A DNA stretch of 64,000 nucleotides. Source: an uncultured Nitrososphaeraceae archaeon (lineage in GTDB: Archaea > Thermoproteota > Nitrososphaeria > Nitrososphaerales > Nitrososphaeraceae). The stretch's first letter is position 1. Each line of letters opens with the position of its first letter. Location of the stretch: contig CAVSMN010000011.1 in NCBI GenBank assembly GCA_963729045.1, positions 96,001-160,000 of the forward strand, in the 5' to 3' direction. The position numbers and the translations under genes were made by a program. The notes below the pieces were generated by a model. The model searched no databases and was not told where the DNA came from. It saw nothing but the letters and a program-made list of their open reading frames with translations. Shown here in pieces: positions 1 to 10,126 of this stretch.

Positions 1-431
1 TGGTTTATGATATTTGGAGTTTTTTTATGCTCTCGATTAGGTATGGAGAGCATAAAAATCAAAGCCCTCTTTATCATTTCAAATATCCTTGTTCTCAAGA
101 TAGGTAATTTCTATCAGATACAATATGATTACTAACTGGAATTTGAATGTAAAGTATTAACTTACAGAAATTATTTTGGTATTTTGAAAAAACAAAATCA
201 AATTTTGAAAAAAAATCGAACTTTCAGGGGCATATGGTTTGACAGAAATAAAATTTAGTTGTTGCTAATAATGACATTTTGCAAGATACTTCAGGAAATA
301 TTGTGATAAACTCATGAATATCAGATTAATTAGATCTTTTAAATATTGGTTCATTGCGAACCTCTAGTTGTCCTAAGAAAAAAATTGCAATTATTCAAAT
401 GATTTTTGATAAAAATATATAATGTATTTAT

Positions 432-1025
432 ATGCTAAAACAGTTAGTTGGAATATTGATTAAAATTTTTATCTTAGTAACACTTTTGGCAGTTGTCGCA
501 ATGATTGTTGTTGTACCTAGCTCAACGGCGCAACCAACATGGGAGATATATGAAAATAACAACTGTGGAATATCACTAAAACATCCTTATGCATCAGACA
601 TTGTATTAGATAATGACAAGTCTAACAATAGTTTTAAAATCCAAAGTTTCGAAACACACACGGATCCTGATTCATTGAATATGACCTTAATGGTTTCATG
701 CATCGACAAAGCAATACCTATAACCTATGAGAATATGGAATTAGCAAGATCGAACTTGTTAAAGGATTCCAAAGCTATCGTTCTTGAAGATATTTCATTT
801 AATAGAACAACAATTGATGGTGAAGCAGCAGGATCAGTGGCGATCAGCAGGCCCATCGGCTTAACAGACATCAACGAGATTGATAAAATTATTGAAACCA
901 ATCATTCAGACCAAACTTATATAATTAAACTAAATTTTACCGGAGATGAAGGTATTAGTGGATTTTATAACAATTATAGGTATTTGGAGGACAACCTTAT
1001 TGACTCGATCAAATTTTCTCAATAA
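432..1025 (+). CDS. Secreted PsbP/Mog1-like domain protein
   Basis: N-terminal hydrophobic signal/TM segment, then a WxxYEN..CGISLKHP motif, 'RTTIDGEAA' and a terminal 'LIDSIKF', the pattern of PsbP-related proteins. Confidence 0.65.
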   Translation: MLKQLVGILIKIFILVTLLAVVAMIVVVPSSTAQPTWEIYENNNCGISLKHPYASDIVLDNDKSNNSFKIQSFETHTDPDSLNMTLMVSCIDKAIPITYENMELARSNLLKDSKAIVLEDISFNRTTIDGEAAGSVAISRPIGLTDINEIDKIIETNHSDQTYIIKLNFTGDEGISGFYNNYRYLEDNLIDSIKFSQ

Positions 1026-1580
1026 TTAGATTATTTGCAAATATTGATTTGAATGAAGAATTAATTTAGTATCGATTTAGGATTAACACAAGAGTAATTA
1101 TTATTTATATCATTCTTTTGATTTATCTGAAGAACTAGTAATTCTCGGTAAATGCTGAGGGTATTAATTTATGATTTTACTGAGTTTTTCATTAATCAAG
1201 ATGCTCCCTTGGTTTATTCAATATGCCCGTATATCACTTTGCTATTTGATTCATCAAATCTAATGAAGATTCATGATAGGCTAGAGGGCAAGTGCGTCTT
1301 AGTTAACCATAGTAATTTAATCCAGGCGTCTAGTGGATTTTGATTATTTGCCCAAAGGGATAAACAAGTAGATATCAATATTAATGCTAGATTTATTTTG
1401 TAACTAATTAGTATAATTGTTGAACTAGAATGTTCTTTTTTTAAATATAATTGAATAGAGCCTTCTACGAGAAATCACTAATTGACTAAGTGAAACTCCG
1501 TGACTATTCAAATTTGATTTCATTAAGGTTTCTTGAAACACACTAGATAAATGCAAGACCTGAGAGAGATTAATCCAATA

Positions 1581-1997
1581 TCATCGTTTCAGCCGTTTAA
1601 TAATTTCAACAATTTCATACACCAATTCCGCCTCTTCCTTAAGAATATCATGTTCCTTGAGATAGTATTCATATTCATTCTCCAAGAGAACGATCCCTCG
1701 ATCTAAATCTTTCCCATATATGTTAAGGACACTCCTCAATAATGCAATATTCAAATAATGAGGATTTCCATTGCTTTTAGATTGATCAAAAAGGATCCCA
1801 ATATTATTTAAAATATTCTTCTCATTTATGTCCAACGAATGTAATATGAGATTTGTTTGGGCTATCACTACAGTATTATTATTATTTTGTTGTTCTAGTT
1901 TTATTTGACTATAAAGTTTATTTCTGTAAAAATCAAACGCATTTTCAACCATTCTAGAATAGCGTAAAAAACCATTAAGATAATCTTCATTTATCAT
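1581..1997 (-). CDS. Hypothetical protein (predicted helical)
   Basis: 138-aa ORF with ATG start and protein-like composition; no family recognised. Confidence 0.55.
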   Translation of the reverse strand: MINEDYLNGFLRYSRMVENAFDFYRNKLYSQIKLEQQNNNNTVVIAQTNLILHSLDINEKNILNNIGILFDQSKSNGNPHYLNIALLRSVLNIYGKDLDRGIVLLENEYEYYLKEHDILKEEAELVYEIVEIIKRLKR

Positions 1998-3399
1998 AAA
2001 TATTATAGATAAGAAAGCGTATTAATTTCTATACATATTTTAAATATGATTTAATTTATTATTTTTGTATAAACACAACATCTTCACGTGTGGTACCATT
2101 TTTTCTCAATTGACAATTAGGGAATCAGTGCATCAAGTACCTAAATTTAATTTATTATTGGAGAGACGGCTTGTTCTTTTATAAGATATTTAGATCAACT
2201 AGGTATCTCAAAATCCTTATCAAATATTTGCAAAGGTGAATGCAATAAAAATAATGCAAATCTAATTGCACTAATTCTGTCAGATAAGTTTTCATAAAAA
2301 TCAATGAAAATGGAATAAGGAATTAAATGGAGGTGATCTGTTTGATTTTGGGCCACCATAATTGAGGGAATTGAGTCCTAATAAACAATAATCCCGTGGA
2401 TTCACTTTGGGCTTTATTTGACTGAAAATTAGACTGGTAGTATCATTAAACTAACAACTAATTTGGGATGATAATGCTGTACCATAGAGACAATTAAGAA
2501 TACAGATGCACAAATTTATCGAATTGAACCTGGCGTATCATTAGTACGCAGCAAAATAATTTCTTACAAATAGAAAATTAATTGGTACTATTTGTTGTCT
2601 GTTTCTTTTTGGGTTGTTTAAATATGTTCATTATCTTGTCTATTATTGAGTTATTAGTTTTTGTCATTTGCTACTTGTATATATAGGATGGATGTTTGTC
2701 TTAAACCTTCTTATGACTTTTGACCGGCACGTTGATGTTTTCTGGATAATGAGTAAAACAGTTACTATTACTATTTCTAGTTAGAGTAAATATTTCCCTA
2801 TAGTAAACGAATTTAACATCTGATAAAATGTGTAAATGAAGTAACTTTTGATGAGGTCAAAACTAAAACGGCTGGTTAAATACAGATGGTGCTTTTAAGT
2901 ATTAGTGAATATAGCGATTGAGTGTTCAGAAATGAATGCAGAGTAATGCTGCTGTTTGATTTTCGAGACGATAAATGAGGGAATGTCGTGCTTCTAGATA
3001 GATTTTGGAACAAACTGAATCCATTGATTTGCTTCTTTCAAATTCATGTCAAATTCAGAGAATGAATTTCAGATAGTAAAATATTTGTACATCCGCAAAG
3101 GCATTAAAGCTACCCTTCTACTAAAGGATGGTTGAGTGTTAGTTAGATTCGTTGTTCGTTTGGAAATAATTTTGTTTTATTTGGTGAAGCAAGAAAATTA
3201 ACCTTTTTACAATCAAAACAATAATACTGAACTCAAATGACCATATTGTTTTAGCAAATCGATTATGAAATTCCCATCACATCACACCACAAAACTACTG
3301 CACAAAAACCAGATAATTATTCTAGAAAAAAATTAACTATCAATCATAGTATAGCATTGTATTAAACCTAATTATACACATATTTTCACATAGTGAGTT

Positions 3400-3759
3400 A
3401 TGGCGATTACCTTGTCATCTACATCAACCACAAGTACACTTATGGAAGAAGATGAAATGAGGTTCCGTTTAGAGAAAATAGAAGAATGTAACCTGCTCCT
3501 TAGAAGATTAGATGGAGGAATATACTACATTAAATGGGATGGAATCTTACCATTAACAAAATATTCAGCAAAGTCAAATATACAAAAAAAATTAGAAATT
3601 AGAATTGAATCAGATATTGAATATGGAAGGTTCATTTATCTAAGAAAACCATACATTACCAAAAAAATAAGGATATGTGGAAGGGACTCATCTTGTTTAA
3701 GATCTTGGAAAACTGAACAATTAACCGAATTATTGTCAAAGCTTTCATTTCTAAAATGA
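3400..3759 (+). CDS. Hypothetical protein
   Basis: 119-aa ORF with ATG start; no family recognised. Confidence 0.5.
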   Translation: MAITLSSTSTTSTLMEEDEMRFRLEKIEECNLLLRRLDGGIYYIKWDGILPLTKYSAKSNIQKKLEIRIESDIEYGRFIYLRKPYITKKIRICGRDSSCLRSWKTEQLTELLSKLSFLK

Positions 3760-4140
3760 GATAAGATAGTTAGAATCTCAATGTGTTTTTACTGATAGCT
3801 ACTTACACATTTCCCCAAGCCTCTTCTCAACTTTATTGGAAAAATCAAGTTCTTTAAAATTCTTAACTAGTTGAAATCATTTTCTTGATTCCTATTGGAC
3901 CTTGAAGAATTGCTCAGGGAATTCGTAGATTTGCTTTCCAACAAGTTTGCATTCAATAAACCAATAAAAAATTGACATACTGGGAAAAATTATTTGAAGC
4001 TATGAATTTATTTGAAATTATCCAACTACGAAAGATGACAAAAACCTGCACATAATAGATATTTCCATTCATTAACATCTATGCATACTATAGAATCAAT
4101 TTAGAATAGGTCATCAAAGGCTTACAATTCAGCAGCGTTT

Positions 4141-4200
4141 AATTAAAAACAAAATTAACTAACTAAAACAAAAACAAAACTAAAACAAAAACAAAAAAAA
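4141..4200 (-). terminator. T-rich archaeal terminator tract downstream of amoC
   Basis: On the minus strand, T8 followed by repeated GTTTTTGTTTTA runs begins 2 nt after the amoC stop; contains a duplicated unit (aactaaaacaaaaacaaaa on +). Confidence 0.65.
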
Positions 4201-4202
4201 GA

Positions 4203-4766
4203 TTATGGAACTGATCTGCTGTAGAGTTTTCCTTCTAATGCTAGTTTGTACATTTCTGCTACATAGGGGTTCCTTGCAGGAGTTTCAGCGCCAAGTTCTA
4301 CCAAACGTGCGTATACCCTAACTACATAGGCCAAAGCACCCATGAAAGCTACTACTACACCCATGTTAAACATCCAGTGGTTAGGTACTGAAAATATTTC
4401 TTCAACAAACCAAAAGTGCCACATTTCATTGATACCAATTGTGAACATGGTAGCTAAATAACCGATAATGGTTATCTTTAGACCAGTATTCATTGAATTG
4501 TTTGGTCCTCTTAATGCTGGTACTCTCCTGTCATACATCGCAACAAATCCCCAACCTAGTGGGAGTGCAATAAAGTGACTGTATAACCACCAATGAGCTG
4601 GTGTAAATGCACTGTCTCTGATGGCTGTTTGGTGCAATAATCCATCAACAAAGTTGTCTACTTCTACTGATGCAGCAATAGACCCTAGCATAATGACCAT
4701 TATATAGATCTTTTTTAGCCTCTGGATTTCTACTTCCTTTGGAATTAATGCAGGCATTTGTGCCAT
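4203..4766 (-). CDS. amoC: Ammonia monooxygenase subunit C (archaeal), stand-alone copy
   Basis: MAQMPALIPKEVEIQRLKK...VEVDNFVDGxLHQT..RDSAFTPAHWW...EMWHFWFVEEIF..PNHWMFNMG is the archaeal AmoC signature; ligands D41/H45/H58 are present. Confidence 0.98.
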   Translation of the reverse strand: MAQMPALIPKEVEIQRLKKIYIMVIMLGSIAASVEVDNFVDGLLHQTAIRDSAFTPAHWWLYSHFIALPLGWGFVAMYDRRVPALRGPNNSMNTGLKITIIGYLATMFTIGINEMWHFWFVEEIFSVPNHWMFNMGVVVAFMGALAYVVRVYARLVELGAETPARNPYVAEMYKLALEGKLYSRSVP

Positions 4767-4773
4767 TTTACTA

Positions 4774-4829
4774 TCACCATGTCTTCGTTGATTAAATATA
4801 TAAGATGTGAACTAAAATATTTATAAATA
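4774..4829 (-). promoter_or_regulatory. amoC promoter and ribosome-binding site
   Basis: Minus strand: palindromic TATTTATAAATA (4818-4829), TATA-like TTATATAT (~4795-4802) and a GGTGA Shine-Dalgarno (4774-4778) 7 nt before the ATG. Confidence 0.55.
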
Positions 4830-4901
4830 ATACTAGAAATTGATGGAATATTATTAAATTATTAGATGAATGTTTAATTAATTAACTAAATTTCTGATGT
4901 T

Positions 4902-4946
4902 TTGTCAATGTTGTCAAGCTTATCGTCGATGATTATCATCGATGAT
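4902..4946. promoter_or_regulatory. Candidate operator: TTGTCAA x2 plus tandem 12-bp palindromes ATC(G/A)TCGATGAT x2
   Basis: ttgtcaa at 4902-4908 and 4911-4917; atcgtcgatgat at 4922-4933 and perfect palindrome atcatcgatgat at 4935-4946; lies in the intergenic region upstream of amoC. Confidence 0.4.
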
Positions 4947-4973
4947 TGATTTTGATATGCAAAAAAAAGAAGA

Positions 4974-5570
4974 TTATGTAATAGTTATATTCTTATTAAG
5001 ATCAAAAGACTTGCCAGAATTCTCGTCCGTAATCTTATAAATTATTATATAATCTCCAGTGGGGAACGGTACAGATTGTGTCACAGTAAATGGTATGAAA
5101 ACCTCCTTATTCTGATTATGTGATATTATATTTCCGATTGGCACGTTCTCCTGACCACCGAGAATGGTACCATTAGAACTTGTTATGAGAAAACTAGCAC
5201 CAAAGTCGATGGAGAAAAGCGGAGTTCCATCTTCATCCGTAATATTATTATATTCAAAACCAACTGGTTCAATATATAAAATTATTGATTCTCCAGGAGA
5301 ATAAGAAGTAGAATTCTTTTCCTCATAAATTCCAAAGCCACTAGGTTCTGCTGTCACGAATAAATCCTTATTTGAGTAAAAGCCACTCGTACTATTGGTG
5401 TCACCTGTACTATTGGTGTCACCTGTACTATTGGTGTCACCTGTACTATTGGTGTCACTTATTCCCTGAGCATTGGCTTGTCCATAATTGAATCCATTCA
5501 ATGAACTTCCCATGACTGCAAAGATCAAAAGTGCGAATAAAAATACAATTTTCGATGATTTATTTTTCAT
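4974..5570 (-). CDS. Secreted protein with DTNSTG linker repeats and a beta-rich C-terminal domain
   Basis: Likely start MKNKSSK (5570); signal peptide ending ANAQ; C-terminal alternating beta-strand pattern. Confidence 0.8.
   Translation of the reverse strand: MKNKSSKIVFLFALLIFAVMGSSLNGFNYGQANAQGISDTNSTGDTNSTGDTNSTGDTNSTSGFYSNKDLFVTAEPSGFGIYEEKNSTSYSPGESIILYIEPVGFEYNNITDEDGTPLFSIDFGASFLITSSNGTILGGQENVPIGNIISHNQNKEVFIPFTVTQSVPFPTGDYIIIYKITDENSGKSFDLNKNITIT
5389..5458. repeat. 18-bp tandem repeat x4 (gtactattggtgtcacct)
   Basis: Three exact copies plus a 16-nt fourth copy; encodes (DTNSTG)n on the minus strand. Confidence 0.95.
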
Positions 5571-5669
5571 ACTACAGTTCTTTAATTTTTGATAATTTAT
5601 TAACATAGCTGTGTAGTGAATTGCAATTTTTGAATTAATTTAATAAATAATATTGGCAAAAGTAAATGG

Positions 5670-6101
5670 ATGATAAGTCTATTAGAATACCTCCCGATAA
5701 TAACGTCGGGACTTTTGTTTCTAGCCATCCTCACCTTAGTTGCAAATAGAAAAAATTTGAGATTACAGAGCGAATATCAAATATATGCAAGAATGATAGA
5801 GGCAAGATTGAAACTAGAGACTTCAGAGCCTTTTATCAAAATGGCAAGAGAAAGTCCATTCTATGCAGACAGATTTGCTCTTGTAGATAGTCCTGACCAA
5901 TTCTACATGCTTAGAGCCTTCATAGACTTGTATGAATTCATTTATAGACTTCACAAGACACATGTTATTGATGATCAACTTTGGCTGAGGTGGATGTCGT
6001 CTGCGAAAGCCATGAAATCAATTCCTAAATTCTTGAATGTGTGGGAAAAAACTAAGTCAGTCCATTCGCCTGAATTCGTTAAATTCATTGATTCATTATA
6101 G
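5670..6101 (+). CDS. Membrane-anchored hypothetical protein
   Basis: Single N-terminal TM helix, helical soluble domain with 'YEFIYRLH...IDDQLWLRW'. Confidence 0.75.
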   Translation: MISLLEYLPIITSGLLFLAILTLVANRKNLRLQSEYQIYARMIEARLKLETSEPFIKMARESPFYADRFALVDSPDQFYMLRAFIDLYEFIYRLHKTHVIDDQLWLRWMSSAKAMKSIPKFLNVWEKTKSVHSPEFVKFIDSL

Positions 6102-6265
6102 CCAAGGCAAACCTAGGTATCCTTCTATGAAGGAATTTTGATGTTTTTTCATGCTTGTATTTATTACGAAATAAACATAACAATCATCAATTACAAAGCC
6201 AATGTCCTTTCTTATTAGAAAATTACGGAAAATCGATATATTTTTTTAAAATATACATAATGTAA

Positions 6266-7307
6266 ATGGCAATACAACACAAGAAAATCTTATCAATTGC
6301 AATACTAGCATCTTTACTAGTTTTTAGCTTCACCGTTTCATCTTCAACGGCTATTTCCTTTGCACAAAGGGATGGAAGTAGCGGCGGAGGAAACCAAGCT
6401 GCAGCTCAAAATAGTCAAGATGGGAATAATGACTCAGAAAGTGGAGTAAGTCAATCAAGCTCCAGTTCTCAAAGCTCTGAATGTTTATCTGAAGGAAGTA
6501 CAGTAGGAAGCTGCAACAACATAAGTGTGCAAGCTAACCAAAATGGAAATGACGAGGAAGAAGCAGCAAAGAAAGCAACAGTAACTCCAGAAAGTGAATC
6601 ACCACCTGCTGCCCAAGCTACTGCAGAGCCAGTAAGCGCTTCTGTATCTTGCGGAGAAGTAATCAAACAAAGCGTCAAATTGACTTCCAATCTTGATTGT
6701 AAGACCGATGGTATAATCATTGGAGCAGACGGAATCACAGTTGACTTAAATGGTCACACGATTACTGGCCCTGGTGTATCAACCTCCAAAGTCGGATTCA
6801 TGTTGAGCGACCAAGACAATGTTAACATCGTAGGCCCAGGCATAGTCGAAAACTTCCAAGCAGGTGTACTAAATACAGGCGGACAGGACGACAAAATATC
6901 TGCTGTAACATTTACCGAAAATCAAATAGGATCATTTAACACGGGCGCAGCAAGAACTACAATAGAAGACAACCTGTTCTTTAGTAACAACATCGGTGTA
7001 GCATCTCATTCCTCAACAGGATACACATTTGATTACAAACCTGTTCAAGTCAAATGACCTTGCTGGAGCAACATTCGTAAACTCTGCAGCAAACGAGGTT
7101 TCATTTAACACCATCCAAGGTTCAGTAAGTGGATTATTCTTCGACGGACAAAGTAGCGACAACACAGTCAATGCAAATAACATCTTGGACAATAAAGGCG
7201 TAGATATCAATAATGCAAACGGCCTCCCATTGAATGTGAACAACAACCTATTCAACGACAACAACTGCAATTCATCCGTCCCAGTTGGCCTCTGTCTAGG
7301 TAAATAA
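6266..7307 (+). CDS. Secreted right-handed parallel beta-helix (NosD/pectin-lyase-like) protein; split by a +1 frameshift near 7028-7030
   Basis: Signal peptide; 'CGEVIKQSVKLTSNLDC..DGIIIGADGITVDLNGHTITG' beta-helix cap; removing one T joins ORFs 6266-7057 and 7029-7307 (..GYTLITNLFKSN..). Confidence 0.85.
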
Positions 7308-7465
7308 AACCACCTTTTTTTTATTTTAAATCTTAAATCTTGATTTAGTTTATAATTTTCTTCTTTATTTATCTAACACCTTTTAAAAAAATACACAACG
7401 TAATTATCGAATAGTTGGGTCAAAGGATATACTGCTGGCGGTTTTTATCTTTTGCATATTTTAAC

Positions 7466-7729
7466 CTACAAATCGTCTTCGACAAATAATACATATAGTT
7501 GATCTAAGAGTATTGCGGACCTTAAATCAAAATTAGAAATTGAATTGTTTAAAGCCCACGTGTTCAATTCTATGGTAACTTTGTCCCAATCAATATGAAT
7601 AATTGGGTGATGATTTAGCATTTGAACCAATTCGTTAACTAAATATGAAAATTTGACTGATTTAGGGAAGTTGTCAAATGAAAAAACTTTTGATAAGCTT
7701 TGGGTTTTTCCAGTAGTATCAACAAACAT
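7466..7729 (-). CDS. Pterin-4-alpha-carbinolamine dehydratase family protein (start uncertain)
   Basis: 'LSKVFSFDNF...NHHPIIHIDWDKVTIELNT...ISNFD' PCD pattern; the frame stays open upstream to ~7846 (..YLTKSNGW) without a clear start codon. Confidence 0.75.
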   Translation of the reverse strand: MFVDTTGKTQSLSKVFSFDNFPKSVKFSYLVNELVQMLNHHPIIHIDWDKVTIELNTWALNNSISNFDLRSAILLDQLYVLFVEDDL

Positions 7730-7894
7730 ATTCCACCCATTAGACTTTGTTAGATAGTCTATGATAGTATCATTTTCAACAGCATAATACTTATTTGTCG
7801 AATTATTATATCTCGTACTAAATTTTGTTCTAAAATTTCCCCTGCGCTAATATTTGTGTTTATTGCTCCTTCGCTGGCGTAAGAGAAACTTTTA

Positions 7895-8743
7895 TCAGGG
7901 ATAGATAGAATGAGAAGGAAGTACCAACAAGTCATAGCGAGTTTCATAATCCCATCCGATTGGAAGTCCAAATGGTATACTCATATTAGTAACGTCATCA
8001 TGCTCTTTAGAGCGGTTTGAAAAACCGCCTTCGAAGGTGATGGTGTGTATTCCGATTGTCAATGGTTTCAGAAAAACCCAATTACCATCAGAAATGGCAG
8101 TAGTTGTTTCACCTTTCATCAAATTCAAGATGTTATTTTCAGGCAGTGAAAAATTGAACGGAGGAGATTGAATTCGGTATTCATCTAATTTCAACAGAGG
8201 CTGATCATCTAATGTTGCATTCAAGAAATCAACATGATTCTGAATGGGTTTCGCACATTTCATTAAACCATCCTTGCTTTTTATCAATGGATATTCGATG
8301 TAAGAACATTCAGAATTAAGTATAGGAAACAGAAGTCCAACATTGTCAGGTATTACGCACGATCTATTTGCCGAATGATTAAAAGTTCCAGATAAAAACC
8401 AGACTGGTCCATATTGACTATTGTTGCAATTGATTCCATATTCATTCGAACGCTGGGTTTTCACTAATAGGGATTGAATATGTCCACTTCCACCATTCAG
8501 CGGTCCAACCTCCGTATGATTTTCCAAATATAAGAGATTTATAATAATACATAAGATCGAATGTTGAAAGATTATTATGGGAATCATAATTATGTTCCTT
8601 ACCATAAGTACTTTCTAGACAGAGACCAAGGAGAACAACTAACTCAGAATGAGAATTATGGTGGCTAAAAACGGTAATAGAAGAATTGTCACAGTACAGA
8701 AGTGGTCATATGAACTAAATCTAAAAGTGAAAATAGTTGTCAT
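7895..8743 (-). CDS. Secreted Cys-containing protein of the 'WWKW...C...QxGPVWFL' family; frameshifts near 8640 and 8447
   Basis: An alternative frame reads GKSYGGWTAEWWKWTYSIPISENPAF and joins DEYGINCNNSQYGPVWFLSGT after removing one A; hydrophobic N-terminus from ATG 8743. Confidence 0.75.
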
Positions 8744-9020
8744 GGTGATATCGCTAAATTAGCATTATATAAATATGATTTTGTGGTCTAGAGACATTTA
8801 TGAAAATGAAAATACTAAAGATTCCAATAGTTCCAACTCTGAAACCTTACTATATCGAATCAATAACAGCTGGAAAGTTCTACCGATCAAGTTTGATGGA
8901 TTCACACAATATAATATGATAAGGTTTGATATCCTTAAAAATTTATAAATTGTACTTTTTCTCATTGATTGATATCTATGATTCGATAAATTATTATACA
9001 AATTATGTATTTAAAAAGGG

Positions 9021-9410
9021 ATGAGCGGCATTGACACTATCGTAAAGAAATTTGATGAATTTGAAAATTCAATGGGAGAAGGACTACCCAAGGTAGACCA
9101 GAGATTGGTTATTGATATGCTACATCGATTGAAGAGGGATGACTCACCAATGTATACGATTGAAATATTTCTTAAAGAAAAACCAAATACCGATGAAATA
9201 AGGTCCATTATTGAAGAAGGTTTGGGAGTAATGCCTGCATTTTACGATCATGGAACTCACATAGTAGTAGCACATCGATTCAACTTACAGATGCTTGAAT
9301 TTATTTCGAATAGTTTGAATGTTGAGAAGATAAGGGGAACATTTACAGGAGCAGGCAGAGGGGCTTCTATAGGTCCCGTATTTGAAAGAGACGATAGACC
9401 AGATTATTAG
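9021..9410 (+). CDS. Hypothetical protein
   Basis: 129-aa ORF, ATG start, TATA-like element upstream. Confidence 0.8.
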   Translation: MSGIDTIVKKFDEFENSMGEGLPKVDQRLVIDMLHRLKRDDSPMYTIEIFLKEKPNTDEIRSIIEEGLGVMPAFYDHGTHIVVAHRFNLQMLEFISNSLNVEKIRGTFTGAGRGASIGPVFERDDRPDY

Positions 9411-10126
9411 TTTAAAGAACAGACAAGAAAAAGAGAAAACCAAAATCAATTGGAGGAGAACATGTTCTTTATTTTTGGTTTTTTACATATTAAACTATGC
9501 TAGTTTTTGAACACTCATTTTCATTGTTTTTTGATAAGCAGGTATTTAAGTGATAGTAAACGATGTGATAGATTAAAGTCAGTAAAGTTGTAATGTTGAT
9601 ATTTAATACCAACAAAAGGAGCCTTCAAGTGGATGATGGCTGATCAAACCCGATATTCTTTTCTTCTCCATCCGAATATTTTGAAAATAATATCAAGTAA
9701 TGGTTCTCAATATTTTTCGTGAGATCATCTTGTTCTCATTTTGAAAATCTTCTGTAATATGATATTTTTTCAATGATTAGGATATCATAATAAAATACTA
9801 TGTCGATCTTGTATTAAATTGAGAGAAAAAATAGAAATGGACCTTGAATATATCAATGCCAAATCTAAGTAAAAAATAGATTATCTGAAAGAGATATTAA
9901 AAACCAGAGTAGCAATTCAGGTGAATAAAAACCCCTACTATCATACTAGAAATGAGTATCATTGATTCTAATTTAGACATTTACTAATTTGCAGGTCTTC
10001 TCCCTTCCCGAAGGATATTGATACTCCTAATAATCAAAGAGATAAATTGAAAGCTGTTTGTGGTCTATTTTCTGCTTGAAGTAAATTGACTTTAATATCA
10101 GACCATTATATTTAATTTGAGCATTT

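Noticed and set aside
181..213. Direct repeat ATTTTGAAAAAA x2
   Set aside because: Low complexity and far from a start codon; no evidence of function.
1998..3399. Long ORF-poor stretch, possibly decayed genes or ncRNA
   Set aside because: Only short stop-riddled fragments; no family or structure I can support.
7759..7971. Signal-peptide-like ORF that could make the dehydratase secreted or fuse it to the upstream gene
   Set aside because: It overlaps the conserved 3' end of the upstream gene and needs extra unverified indels; not supportable without reads.
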